Of a DNA stretch of 64,000 nucleotides, positions 38,765-48,238 are shown piece after piece (positions within the stretch are counted from its first letter, which is position 1; each line of letters opens with the position of its first letter). The notes beneath the pieces are model-generated. The model was not told the DNA's origin, searched no databases, and saw nothing but the letters and a program-made list of their open reading frames with translations. A program made the translations under genes and the position numbers. The DNA comes from Sedimentisphaerales bacterium (GTDB taxonomy: Bacteria > Planctomycetota > Phycisphaerae > Sedimentisphaerales > SM23-30): contig CAXXMR010000019.1 in assembly GCA_963663805.2 (NCBI GenBank), positions 1 through 64,000 of the forward strand. Direction: 5' to 3'.

Positions 38765-41233
38765 CTAATCTGCACTTCCTGTTTCGGCGGGCACATCATT
38801 ACATTGTATGTCTGCCTGGTTGGTTTGACAAGGCGGCGCGGCGGTTATTTTTTCTGCCAATTGGGAAAACTTGTCCTGCCAGGGTTGAGGCAGCGGGTCG
38901 GGATGACACAATTTGAAATAATCAAGCAGTTTGGCGGCCTGTTCGATGCTATTTAGCCGGAAAGTTACCTCAATTAAATTATAATTCGCCTCATACCAGT
39001 TGTCTGTTTCTTTGGGCAGGGCGTGGCTAAGCTGTAGCCAGTTTTTGCGGGCATCGTTAAGATACCCGGCGGCGGCATTGGCCCGGGCCAGACCGCGCAG
39101 GACATCCAGCGCGTTTCTGGTGGCGGGGTTGCGACTGAGCCAGAGATATTGAAGCCGGGCGGCGAGGTAATCCTGACAATCCAGCATGGTCGCGGCATAG
39201 CGACGACGGATATTTATTTCGCGCGATTGCGATTCCTCGTTTTGGCCAGTAGCATTGTGGCGGAGCAGATATTCATACGCATTTTTCAAACGCAAATGGT
39301 GATTCTCATCGGCGGCGTACTCAGGTTCGAGTTTTTTTATCAGGGCGGTCAGAGCGGATGCCATGTAGTCGTTGGGGATGGGCTGGTTTTGCACTTTTTC
39401 CAACAGAGTGTCAAGCTGTTCCCATTCTTCAGCGGTCAACAGGATTCGCAGTTGTAGTGCTGTGCGTTTTTGAGGCTGCATGTTTGACCAGGCTGAAATT
39501 TTGTCTATCTGGTCCAGCAGATTCCGCGATTTGGTGGTATCGGGATTGTCCAGTCTCAAAAAATCGCTGACAAATTCCAACGCGATATCAAGAGAGGCGA
39601 TTTGAATCGCTTGCTGGTCCGCGGGCCAATCGTTGACCGAAGTGATTATCTTATCCAGATTTTCGAGACCTTGTTCGAGATAAAATTTTCGTTCGGTATC
39701 ATTTTCGGCGGCGCGAGCTTGCCGGGCGGAGGCCAGGGCTAAACCGTAAAGAGCGTAATTATAAATTGGCGAGTCGGGCGGGACTTTTTTGAGCAGAGTT
39801 TCAGCCTGAGTATATTCACCGGTGTCTATCAGCAAGGCGGCGTGATACCAGGGCACTTTGACAAGGTCGGGGTGGTCGGGAAAATATGTTTCGAGTAATT
39901 CCAGAAAACTCAAAAATGATTCCGGTTGCAAAGACGGGTTTTCTTTCAGCCCTTTCAGGCCGGCCTGAACGGCACGGGTGCATATTTCGGCGGCGCGGTG
40001 GTCCAGGGGATAATTCCTGATGAATTCCAGAGCGGCTAGGTGCATGTCCCGATATTTTTTCAGATTCCAGTTGGTAACCGTCAAAGTATAGCGGATGTCG
40101 GCAAGTAATTCCGGCAAATCATCCCCGGCGTCAAGTGCTGTCTTTAATGCCTTTTGAGCGAGTTGGCAGGCCTGCTGATAATTTCCTTTTTCGAAATAGT
40201 CCTGAACCTGAATCATCAGGACCGCCGGCGAGTTCAGTCTGATTTTGCGTAATGGTTCGGTCAGCGCGGTGGTCCAGGGCGGGCCATAAGTATAGATTTG
40301 TTCCACAAGCTGAGCGAGTTTGTCGAGATGGGATTGATAATAAGGATTATTCACCGTGTCCGAAGCCAGGGCGGCGAGGCTTTTGATACGCTGGAGCATC
40401 ATGCCAAGTTCGATACTGTCGAGCTTGTGACCTTGCGGCAGGCCGTTGAAATATGCCTGACCAGTTTGCTCGACCTGCAAATGTGAGGGCAGAGCCTGCA
40501 ATGACTGGATACGCAGGGAGGTTATACGTTTATAGGTATCGGCGGAACTGTTCTGCCGGGTAATCGGCTCGAGCAGCGCGGCGGCCTGGTAATACAATTC
40601 CTGTTCGTAAAAACAAAGGGCCTGGCCGAGAAAACAGTCAGCGACAATGGGGTGATTACGATAGCCGCTGGCGGTGAATCGGATAAAACCATGCAGAGCC
40701 CGCTGAAGGTAAACGTCACGTTGTTTAGCGCCGGTGGTTATCAGGGCCAGGGTGTAATGGGTCCAGGCCAGGTCGTAGTTGACACGCGAGATGTAACCAT
40801 AAGCCCGGCGATAACTGGGACGGTCACGGTAGTTTCGATTAGCTTGTTCGATTGCGTCGGCACGGTCGGAGAACTCCTGCTGGATGGCCCGGTAACGCTG
40901 CACAACCTGGGTCAGCAGTTGCCGGGTGCGTTCACGTTCAATGTCGTCTAATTTATCATTTCGGGCAGCGAGGCGACCGGCAGTCTGGTCGATGAGGATT
41001 TCAAAATAGTTAGTTTGTAACGGTGAAAAAGTTGTGCTTTCGGTTTTTAGTTCGGCGCGGGCCAGGTCGATTTTTGTCAGGCCAATCTGGTAATCGGGGC
41101 TGGTTAGCGCAACAGCAATCATCTGGCTGATTTTACTTTCAGCGGCGGCGATGTCCTGTTCTGAGGCGGCGTGAAGGAGAGACGGCAGCGAGGCCGAAAG
41201 CACCGCAAGATACATAAGGCCCCGGCGAATCAT
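38765..41233 (-). CDS. Secreted TPR-repeat protein
   Basis: N-terminal signal peptide and many TPR-like helices (ALYGLAL, WYEANYNL). ATGA overlap with the upstream exbD. Confidence 0.75.
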   Translation of the reverse strand: MIRRGLMYLAVLSASLPSLLHAASEQDIAAAESKISQMIAVALTSPDYQIGLTKIDLARAELKTESTTFSPLQTNYFEILIDQTAGRLAARNDKLDDIERERTRQLLTQVVQRYRAIQQEFSDRADAIEQANRNYRDRPSYRRAYGYISRVNYDLAWTHYTLALITTGAKQRDVYLQRALHGFIRFTASGYRNHPIVADCFLGQALCFYEQELYYQAAALLEPITRQNSSADTYKRITSLRIQSLQALPSHLQVEQTGQAYFNGLPQGHKLDSIELGMMLQRIKSLAALASDTVNNPYYQSHLDKLAQLVEQIYTYGPPWTTALTEPLRKIRLNSPAVLMIQVQDYFEKGNYQQACQLAQKALKTALDAGDDLPELLADIRYTLTVTNWNLKKYRDMHLAALEFIRNYPLDHRAAEICTRAVQAGLKGLKENPSLQPESFLSFLELLETYFPDHPDLVKVPWYHAALLIDTGEYTQAETLLKKVPPDSPIYNYALYGLALASARQARAAENDTERKFYLEQGLENLDKIITSVNDWPADQQAIQIASLDIALEFVSDFLRLDNPDTTKSRNLLDQIDKISAWSNMQPQKRTALQLRILLTAEEWEQLDTLLEKVQNQPIPNDYMASALTALIKKLEPEYAADENHHLRLKNAYEYLLRHNATGQNEESQSREINIRRRYAATMLDCQDYLAARLQYLWLSRNPATRNALDVLRGLARANAAAGYLNDARKNWLQLSHALPKETDNWYEANYNLIEVTFRLNSIEQAAKLLDYFKLCHPDPLPQPWQDKFSQLAEKITAAPPCQTNQADIQCNDVPAETGSAD

Positions 41234-41661
41234 AAATTTCCCTCCGGCGCCCAGAACGCAACCTGAGATAGTTCGGCATTGCGGCATGATTCAAGAGCAG
41301 CGACCATCGACTCAAATGGTACGGTCTGGTCGCCATGTATAAGTACCGGTATGTCGGCAATAGCGCGACGCTGACGGAGAAGCTGGGTGAGGCCATTAAA
41401 AGAGGGACATGCTATTTCGTCGCACATTATAAGAATACCCTCGCCGGTGCTTTGGATATAAACATGGATGGGCGGAAAATTATCCTGCGGCACCTGACTG
41501 TTGGGCGCAGGTTGGGGCATCTGGGCAGCGAGGTTGCTTTCAGGCAACTCGAAGGTGCTGGTACACATAAAGAAAATCAGCAGCAAAAAAACCACATCAA
41601 CCATGGAGGCCATGTTGAGTTCTGGTATTCGCGGTTTGTGTGATTGACGGGTCAACAGCAT
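41230..41661 (-). CDS. ExbD/TolR family protein
   Basis: LNMASMVDVVFLLLIFF; VLIHGDQTVPF. Confidence 0.92.
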   Translation of the reverse strand: MLLTRQSHKPRIPELNMASMVDVVFLLLIFFMCTSTFELPESNLAAQMPQPAPNSQVPQDNFPPIHVYIQSTGEGILIMCDEIACPSFNGLTQLLRQRRAIADIPVLIHGDQTVPFESMVAALESCRNAELSQVAFWAPEGNL

Positions 41662-41662
41662 A

Positions 41663-42100
41663 TTACAATTCGACCCCCTGGCCGCCCGATTCGCGTACCG
41701 CAACTTTCACATTGGAAATTCCGCGGCTGGAACATATATTCATAACGGCGGCAACATTTCGCCAGGGTGTTTGACGGTCGCCGCGAATAAGGATGGTTAT
41801 TTGGGATGCTTCGTGGTTCTGTAGTTTTTCCGCGAGCAGGCCGTCGAATGACATTGTGGTGTAGGGCTGACTGTCGATTACCATCCGACCGTCGTTATGA
41901 ATGTTGACGACCAGACGCAGAGGCTCGGAGCTAAAGGCTGGGTCGGCCTCGGCAACTTCGGGCAGGGCGAGCTTATCGACTTTTATCTGGGTCAGCTGGG
42001 TAACCGTCATAAAGAAAATAATGAGCAGAAAAACCACATCTATCAACGGGGCGATGTTGATACGGCAGGTGGGGGCTGGTTTTTTGGTACGAAGCTGCAT
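41663..42100 (-). CDS. ExbD/TolR family protein
   Basis: INIAPLIDVVFLLIIFF; ILIRGDRQTPW. Confidence 0.93.
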   Translation of the reverse strand: MQLRTKKPAPTCRINIAPLIDVVFLLIIFFMTVTQLTQIKVDKLALPEVAEADPAFSSEPLRLVVNIHNDGRMVIDSQPYTTMSFDGLLAEKLQNHEASQITILIRGDRQTPWRNVAAVMNICSSRGISNVKVAVRESGGQGVEL

Positions 42101-42119
42101 CAGCTAACCTTTGGATGAT

Positions 42120-42875
42120 TTATTGTGCCGAGGTGCCTTTGCGGAAACGACCCATGAGCCGTTCCACCACAGTCTCGGTTTCGGCGATGTAGCCGTCGAT
42201 GCGATTGCGGAAAAACGCTACGAAAAACATAGTCGGTATCGCTACTACCAAACCGAGGCAGGTTGTTACCAACGCCTCAGAAATACCGCCGGCCAATTGC
42301 GAGGGTTTGGCCGTGCCTTCGGTGAGAGCAATCTGGTTGAACGAAGCGATCATGCCGGTGACCGTACCGAGCAGGCCGAGCATGGGGGCCGACGCGGCGA
42401 TGAAGGTCAGGTATTCGAGTTTGCGATAGAGGCGGGAGATTTCACGCTCGGATGTTTCCTGCATGGCACTTTGCATATCGAAAAAGCCAAACACCGAACC
42501 AGCCCGCTGCAAACCGGAACTGATTACCATGGCAAGAAATGAATCATCATCCTTGCATATCTCCAGGGCATGGTCGATATTGTTCTGCTCCAGGGTTTCG
42601 TCGAGCTGTTGTTCCAGTTGCTCAGGCAGAAAAACACCTTTGCGAATGGAAACAAAATGTTCGATAATAAACGAAACCGAAACAAGGGACATAATAAGAA
42701 TTAGATAGCCTATCAGCCCCCCGGCCGCGATGGTACTCCATAGCGAGATGGGCTGATCGACGGCTGCGGCATCAGTCTGGGCCTGAGCAGAACCCAGACC
42801 AAAGATAAGTCCGCATAAAAACACGCCGAGAAAAATCGCTCGGAATTTTTTGGTCAGATTGAACAATTTATGCAT
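42120..42875 (-). CDS. MotA/TolQ/ExbB proton channel protein
   Basis: APMLGLLGTVTGM and LAGGISEALVTTCLGLVVAIP. Confidence 0.95.
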   Translation of the reverse strand: MHKLFNLTKKFRAIFLGVFLCGLIFGLGSAQAQTDAAAVDQPISLWSTIAAGGLIGYLILIMSLVSVSFIIEHFVSIRKGVFLPEQLEQQLDETLEQNNIDHALEICKDDDSFLAMVISSGLQRAGSVFGFFDMQSAMQETSEREISRLYRKLEYLTFIAASAPMLGLLGTVTGMIASFNQIALTEGTAKPSQLAGGISEALVTTCLGLVVAIPTMFFVAFFRNRIDGYIAETETVVERLMGRFRKGTSAQ

Positions 42876-42899
42876 ATTAATCTTCCTGTCAGAGGCCTG

Positions 42900-43841
42900 C
42901 TAGGGCCAGTTTTGGGCCGGGACAAAATTATATCGGCCTTTGTTTTCCCGGGCGATGCGTTCCAGGACATTCTGGCCCTGGTTGCTATGAAAGGCGATGG
43001 TATTTATCTGGATTTTACTGCCGGGATTCATTTCGGCAATGACCGCGATAGCGTTATCAGAAAAAATCCCGTCGCTCAAAAGCCAGACAGCGTCCGGTCG
43101 CAAAGATAATGCCAGCGTCATTGCCTCGGATGGGTCGGTCCCGCCGGCTGAAACAATCTCTTCCAGCCAGAGGAACATATCCCGCTTATTTATCTCGGTA
43201 GCACTTAGAAGATTCGTCGCGGGCATGGGATAGCATTGATTATCATAAAAAATAATATAGAACTTCATCTCGCGGTCAAGTGAGCTTATCGAGCGGACGA
43301 TTTCCGCTTTGGCCGCCTGGAGTTTACGGCCAGCCATACTGCCGGAACGGTCCACAACATAAACAAACTTGCCGCCCGAAGCTTCGAGACCGAAGAAGCT
43401 CGCCCCGCCGCTGCCCGCTGAACCGCCTGATGCGGAAAAACCGTTCCAGTCCACCGACATTTCCGTCTCGGAAGTATCTGAGGGTAAATCCAAAGAAGCG
43501 ATGTCAGGAATTTCGGCCAGGTCGGTCGGTCGGCCTAAATCGGTGACAGGTTCAGCAACCTCGGTCTGTTCCAGTTCCAAAGCTGAAGATTTCGTGTCGG
43601 GCATTTCGATTTCCGGCAAGTCGGCGCCGCCGGTGGTAACTCCAGCGGCTTCGCTGATGACAATACTGACCGGTATTTCGGTCGAACCGGGGCCCACCTG
43701 ACCCATCCAGGTCATTCCGCCGAACATCATCACCAATAGCAGATGCAGAATCAGCGAGCCGGTCCAGCCGGTGAGCTTAGGAAATCGTTCATGCCATTTG
43801 GAATGTGCCATACTACCCATAATACGCGTATTCATCGCCAT
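42900..43841 (-). CDS. Membrane-anchored vWA-domain protein with a TonB-like SxxxH transmembrane helix
   Basis: GSLILHLLLV TM; acidic linker; MIDAS motifs VVDRSGSM, GGTDP, LSDG. Confidence 0.88.
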   Translation of the reverse strand: MAMNTRIMGSMAHSKWHERFPKLTGWTGSLILHLLLVMMFGGMTWMGQVGPGSTEIPVSIVISEAAGVTTGGADLPEIEMPDTKSSALELEQTEVAEPVTDLGRPTDLAEIPDIASLDLPSDTSETEMSVDWNGFSASGGSAGSGGASFFGLEASGGKFVYVVDRSGSMAGRKLQAAKAEIVRSISSLDREMKFYIIFYDNQCYPMPATNLLSATEINKRDMFLWLEEIVSAGGTDPSEAMTLALSLRPDAVWLLSDGIFSDNAIAVIAEMNPGSKIQINTIAFHSNQGQNVLERIARENKGRYNFVPAQNWP

Positions 43842-43967
43842 TTTGTTCGGTTAAACGCAAAAACAGCGCATATATTGCCGCCCCCAGCGGTTTTGGCCGC
43901 GGCTGATTTAAGTCCTATTGATATATCGGCAGGTTATATCTACCGCTGAAAAAAGAACTTGGATGAA

Positions 43968-44945
43968 TTAGTCGATTTCACTGGGGCGGCGTTTATAGAC
44001 CGGCGCCTCAATCGCCCGGACATAATTTGTCCAGTCGGTCTGGTTGGAGCATTTGTCGATTTCGGTAAATACCAGAGCGATTTTGGAATCAAGATTATCC
44101 AGATGATGAACAGCGAAGGCCTCTGGAGTGGCAGGCAGAACCGGGCAGCCAAACTCTTTTATGCCGTGATGGGATACGATGATGTGCAAAAGGCTGTTTT
44201 GCAGTACTGGGGGGAAGGTTTCGGGGCTGTCGAGTTCTTTGATTTTCTGCTGGACCATTATTGAGCCCTGCACGATATGCCCCAACAAACGGCCCTGGTC
44301 GCTGTATTTGAAGCTGATATCGTAGTCCAGCTCGGTGGTTTTGCCGATGTCATGCAAAAACAGGCCGGTCAGGACCAAATCGGCATCCAGATGGGAGTAA
44401 TGCGGCAGAATCCTTACACCCAACTGCATGAGCGAAAGGGTATGTTCCAGCAAACCACCCAGATAGGCATGATGCAAAGCGATAGCGGCAGGGGCAGAGC
44501 GGAAAAGCCGCATTAAGGGTTCATCGGCCAAAAAAGCTTGGCATAACCGAGCTAAATGGGGGTTTTTAATACTGGAAACGATTTTTTTGACCTCGGCGAA
44601 CATTTCATCGATATTTTTACCAGTAGCGGGTAAAAATTCGGACAGGTCAACTTCCTCAATGGGGATGGGCTTTATGGCATCGATGACAATCTGGGGCGAG
44701 CCCTGATAATTTTCGGTGCGGCCCTGGAGCCAAACGAAACCTTCGGCCGGCAGAGTCTGGAAAATTTCCTCGGTGGCCTGCCACATCCTGCCATTGATTC
44801 GGCCGGTGCTGTCACTTAGATAGGCGGCGATATAGTAATCACCCCGGTTGGTGCTGCGTAACTGAGGCTGGGAAATCAAAAAAACCTGCTGGACACGCTC
44901 AGCGGCGTTTAGTTGCGAGATAGAACGACGGGGTGACTGATTCAT
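43968..44945 (-). CDS. yhaM: 3'-5' exoribonuclease YhaM (OB + HD)
   Basis: LSDSTGRI (OB fold), HHAYLGGLLEH, LHDIGK, SHHG, DNLDSK. AAGGAG RBS. Confidence 0.9.
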   Translation of the reverse strand: MNQSPRRSISQLNAAERVQQVFLISQPQLRSTNRGDYYIAAYLSDSTGRINGRMWQATEEIFQTLPAEGFVWLQGRTENYQGSPQIVIDAIKPIPIEEVDLSEFLPATGKNIDEMFAEVKKIVSSIKNPHLARLCQAFLADEPLMRLFRSAPAAIALHHAYLGGLLEHTLSLMQLGVRILPHYSHLDADLVLTGLFLHDIGKTTELDYDISFKYSDQGRLLGHIVQGSIMVQQKIKELDSPETFPPVLQNSLLHIIVSHHGIKEFGCPVLPATPEAFAVHHLDNLDSKIALVFTEIDKCSNQTDWTNYVRAIEAPVYKRRPSEID

Positions 44946-45155
44946 ACGGTGCTCCTTGAGTAATTGGGGTATCAAACTGATTTATATTAACCTTATTATA
45001 TATTGGATGTCCGCTTCTGTAGCAAGAATCTGTTGGAAATAAGTGCCTATGCATCGGCATTTTGTGTAAATATGATAACTTAGGAGGTTTTTCTTGCAAA
45101 GATAGATAAAATGGGTATTATAAGTAAAAGACGTGCGGGATTTTTCAAGGTTTTT

Positions 45156-45184
45156 TTGACAAAACGGGTAGATTCTGCTATACT
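45156..45184 (+). promoter_or_regulatory. Near-consensus sigma70 promoter for the 45215/diguanylate cyclase operon
   Basis: TTGACA-N17-TATACT. Confidence 0.75.
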
Positions 45185-45214
45185 GAGCGGCTGTCCGTTG
45201 GTGAGAATCCATAA

Positions 45215-45769
45215 ATGACCCAACAATTCGATGGAAACATAGACCTGATAATAATGAACGGCGCTTTGGATGCGAAGCATTTTGCGGCAGCGGCAGAGAG
45301 CTGGCGTAATGGCGAGGTATTCTTCTGCGACGATGCTTATGGCGCGGCAGCGAGGGTGGCCGAACGTCAAAAAGCTGTGGTGTGTGTGATTCTGGTTGAT
45401 GGTTTGGGTCGGGAAATCGAGGTTTTCGAAAGCCTGGCAGGGATAGAGAGAGCGCAAACTATTGCGGTATCACGTTTTCCTGACAGTGGCGGTTTGATTC
45501 AGGCCAGCTTGAGAGGTGCTGGCAAGGTCGCGACTTTGGATACCCTGGATAAGTTTCTCAGGCCGCGGACGATTGCAGTTTCACCTGCAAAGGAGATATC
45601 AGAAGAGCCGGAAAAAAGAGAATCAGAGAATGTCTCGGCTCCTAACTCTGTTATTCAAAGTGAGTTATCGCAAACAGAGTCGGTGTTTGAAGGTGACGGA
45701 TTGCGCGTCGAGAATGAGGATTCCGGGTTTTTGAGCCATGAGGAGCTGGACGCGCTTCTGGGTGAGTGA
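45215..45769 (+). CDS. Hypothetical protein: degenerate receiver-like domain, acidic linker, C-terminal LSHEELDALL motif
   Basis: Strong promoter upstream; alternating beta/alpha pattern; directly precedes the DGC gene. Confidence 0.65.
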   Translation: MTQQFDGNIDLIIMNGALDAKHFAAAAESWRNGEVFFCDDAYGAAARVAERQKAVVCVILVDGLGREIEVFESLAGIERAQTIAVSRFPDSGGLIQASLRGAGKVATLDTLDKFLRPRTIAVSPAKEISEEPEKRESENVSAPNSVIQSELSQTESVFEGDGLRVENEDSGFLSHEELDALLGE

Positions 45770-45789
45770 CGTAACAGATTTGTGGAACT

Positions 45790-47178
45790 GTGTTTATGAG
45801 TGAGAGTGCTTTGACAGAGCAGATGAATCATCCTTCAGACCGGCAGAAAATATTACTGCTGGCTGATGACGGTCGGATGAAAAATCTTCTAACTCACCGT
45901 CTCACAAGCAGTTCGGTCACAGTGCAAAAGAACGCCTTTGGGGGTATTTTCCGGCTGGGACAGGAGGATTATGACCTGGTCCTGATGCGTGCTGAGGGCC
46001 TGGGCAGGCGATTGAACGAGGCGGTTTCGGCGTTAAAAAGGGTTAGGCCCGCAGCGAAAATCGTCCTTTACAGCGAGGCGGCAAGTGAAGTTGACTGCCG
46101 GTCGGCCCTTGATTTTGGGGCCTGGGATTATCTTATTTGGCCTGTTCCCGCTAGTGAAATACACGAAATTTTGAGCGCAAAAGTGCCTGAGAAGACCGAT
46201 TTTGGGCCAAAAAAATTGTTTTTTTCCCGAAAATCAGCAAAAAAAACGGTTTTTGAGCCAATTTTTAACGTAAAACACTGGCATGAGCTATCGGAGTCGA
46301 TTCCTCTGGGACGTTCTGTGGTAGTCGAACAAGCCCAGCGAATCCTGACCCGAACACTCAATCTGCAATGGGTAAAAATCCATACCGAAGAAGATTCGGA
46401 ACCGGAAGTGTCAGGGCGGACCATTAATTTGAGCGGTAAGCTGGGCGATGTGGGCACTCTGATATTGGGGCCAGCGATTACCTCAATGGAACCGGATGAG
46501 GATACGATTCAGGAAGTCGCTGGGTATATCTCTACCTTATTATACCTGGTGCGTCGGGATGAGACGCTCAAACATCTGGCGACGGTGGACAGCCTGACCG
46601 GGGCACATAACCGGCGGTATCTGGATTATTTCATCCATCAGATAATCCAGCGGAACGCTGATAAGCACATGGAAATGGCACTGCTGCTATTCGATATTGA
46701 TGATTTCAAATATTATAATGATACCTACGGGCACGGGGCGGGCGATGAAGTGCTGCGGGAATCTTATAAATTGATGCGTCAGTGCTGCCGGGAACATGAT
46801 GTGGTGGTCAGAATCGGGGGCGATGAGTTCGCAGTGCTGTTTTGGGACACTCAGCCGCGCAGCCATTATGACCCGGACCAGCGGCGGAATAATGAACACG
46901 AAGAACATGTTTCCCTGCGTGAGCAGATCGAAACGCCGGAGCGGACACATTCGGAGCTGGTAATGTTCCTCTGCAACCGGTTTCGGCGAAAAATGATGAC
47001 CAATGAGTTTCCCGCGTTAGGCTCGGAAGCCCGCGGGGTACTGTCGATAAGCGGCGGGGTGGCGTGCTATCCCGCGGACGGCAAGACATTTACAGAGTTG
47101 CTGGCCAAAGCAGATGAGGGGCTGTTGGCGGCGAAACGGCAGGGGAAAAATCAGATATTCCTAATCGGGCAGCAGTAA
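45790..47178 (+). CDS. Diguanylate cyclase (receiver-like + GGDEF)
   Basis: DSLTGAHNRR, FDIDDFKYYNDTYGH, REHD (RxxD I-site), GGDEF, AKRQGKN. Confidence 0.95.
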   Translation: MFMSESALTEQMNHPSDRQKILLLADDGRMKNLLTHRLTSSSVTVQKNAFGGIFRLGQEDYDLVLMRAEGLGRRLNEAVSALKRVRPAAKIVLYSEAASEVDCRSALDFGAWDYLIWPVPASEIHEILSAKVPEKTDFGPKKLFFSRKSAKKTVFEPIFNVKHWHELSESIPLGRSVVVEQAQRILTRTLNLQWVKIHTEEDSEPEVSGRTINLSGKLGDVGTLILGPAITSMEPDEDTIQEVAGYISTLLYLVRRDETLKHLATVDSLTGAHNRRYLDYFIHQIIQRNADKHMEMALLLFDIDDFKYYNDTYGHGAGDEVLRESYKLMRQCCREHDVVVRIGGDEFAVLFWDTQPRSHYDPDQRRNNEHEEHVSLREQIETPERTHSELVMFLCNRFRRKMMTNEFPALGSEARGVLSISGGVACYPADGKTFTELLAKADEGLLAAKRQGKNQIFLIGQQ

Positions 47179-47354
47179 GAACTGCTTTGGGGTTCTGTCT
47201 GGGTAGCGGAGCGGAAAGTCTGGACAGGGCAGACATTATGGACGAAGGGGTGCCAAAAAGTACCGAACACTTTTTCCTTTTTCTTGATATTAGGTACACT
47301 ATGCCATATTATGGAGTTGATCATTTGTGGTAACAAATACAACAGAGGCTAATT

Positions 47355-48233
47355 ATGAAAAACACCGAACATCCTTTGGCAGAAGTATTTGGTTATTCAA
47401 TCACAGATTTTTCGAACAAAGCTCAAAGGCATAGAAGAAATAAATTATGTCCTTTTAATAACAAAGTCCCAAATTGTACAAAAGATAAAGCAAATGCTCC
47501 CCTTGGGGTATGCAGCATATATCACAATTCCAATATCGTGATAACTTGTCCGGTAAGATTCAGAGAAGACTGGCTGGTTACGGAAGAGTCTTCAAACTTT
47601 TTCTTTCCTCCGAACACCTCCTGGACATCAATATCAGAAGTTAATTTAGATGACGCGAACGGTAAAACCGCCGGACACATCGATATTGTACTTGTTGCAT
47701 ATAATGAACGCGGGAAAGTAATAGATTTTGGCGCATTGGAAGTGCAGGCAGTATATATATCAGGGAACATAAGAACACCTTTCGAATATTATATGGAAAA
47801 CCCTAAAGAGAGAAAAGACTTCTCATGGAAAGGGAACAGATACTACCCAAAGCCTGATTACCTCTCTTCTTCACGAAAAAGACTGATTCCACAAATTTTG
47901 TACAAGGGCGGAATTTTACATAGCTGGGGGAAAAAACAAGCTGTAGCGTTACAGAAAAGTTTTTTTGAAACATTACCCAATATGCCAACAGTAGAACCTG
48001 AAGAAGCTGAGATAGCGTGGCCAATATACGATTTGGCCAACCAAGGAAGTTCATGCCACCTTATTCACACACAAACAGTCTACACTAAATTTGAGGCGGC
48101 CATAACCAAAATTACAAGACCAACGCCAGGTAAATTAGAAAATTTCATCGAAGTCCTCCAGGGCAAACTTGCTGAACACTTAGATGAAAATCCACCCGAT
48201 GCTCCCTCTTTATTAGACATACCATTACAGTAA
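47355..48233 (+). CDS. NotI-family type II restriction endonuclease
   Basis: Cys cluster CPF..CTKDK..GVCS..TCPVRF; IDIVL...EVQAVYISG; PDYLSSSRKRL. AT-rich relative to flanks. Confidence 0.85.
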   Translation: MKNTEHPLAEVFGYSITDFSNKAQRHRRNKLCPFNNKVPNCTKDKANAPLGVCSIYHNSNIVITCPVRFREDWLVTEESSNFFFPPNTSWTSISEVNLDDANGKTAGHIDIVLVAYNERGKVIDFGALEVQAVYISGNIRTPFEYYMENPKERKDFSWKGNRYYPKPDYLSSSRKRLIPQILYKGGILHSWGKKQAVALQKSFFETLPNMPTVEPEEAEIAWPIYDLANQGSSCHLIHTQTVYTKFEAAITKITRPTPGKLENFIEVLQGKLAEHLDENPPDAPSLLDIPLQ

Positions 48234-48238
48234 CCATA

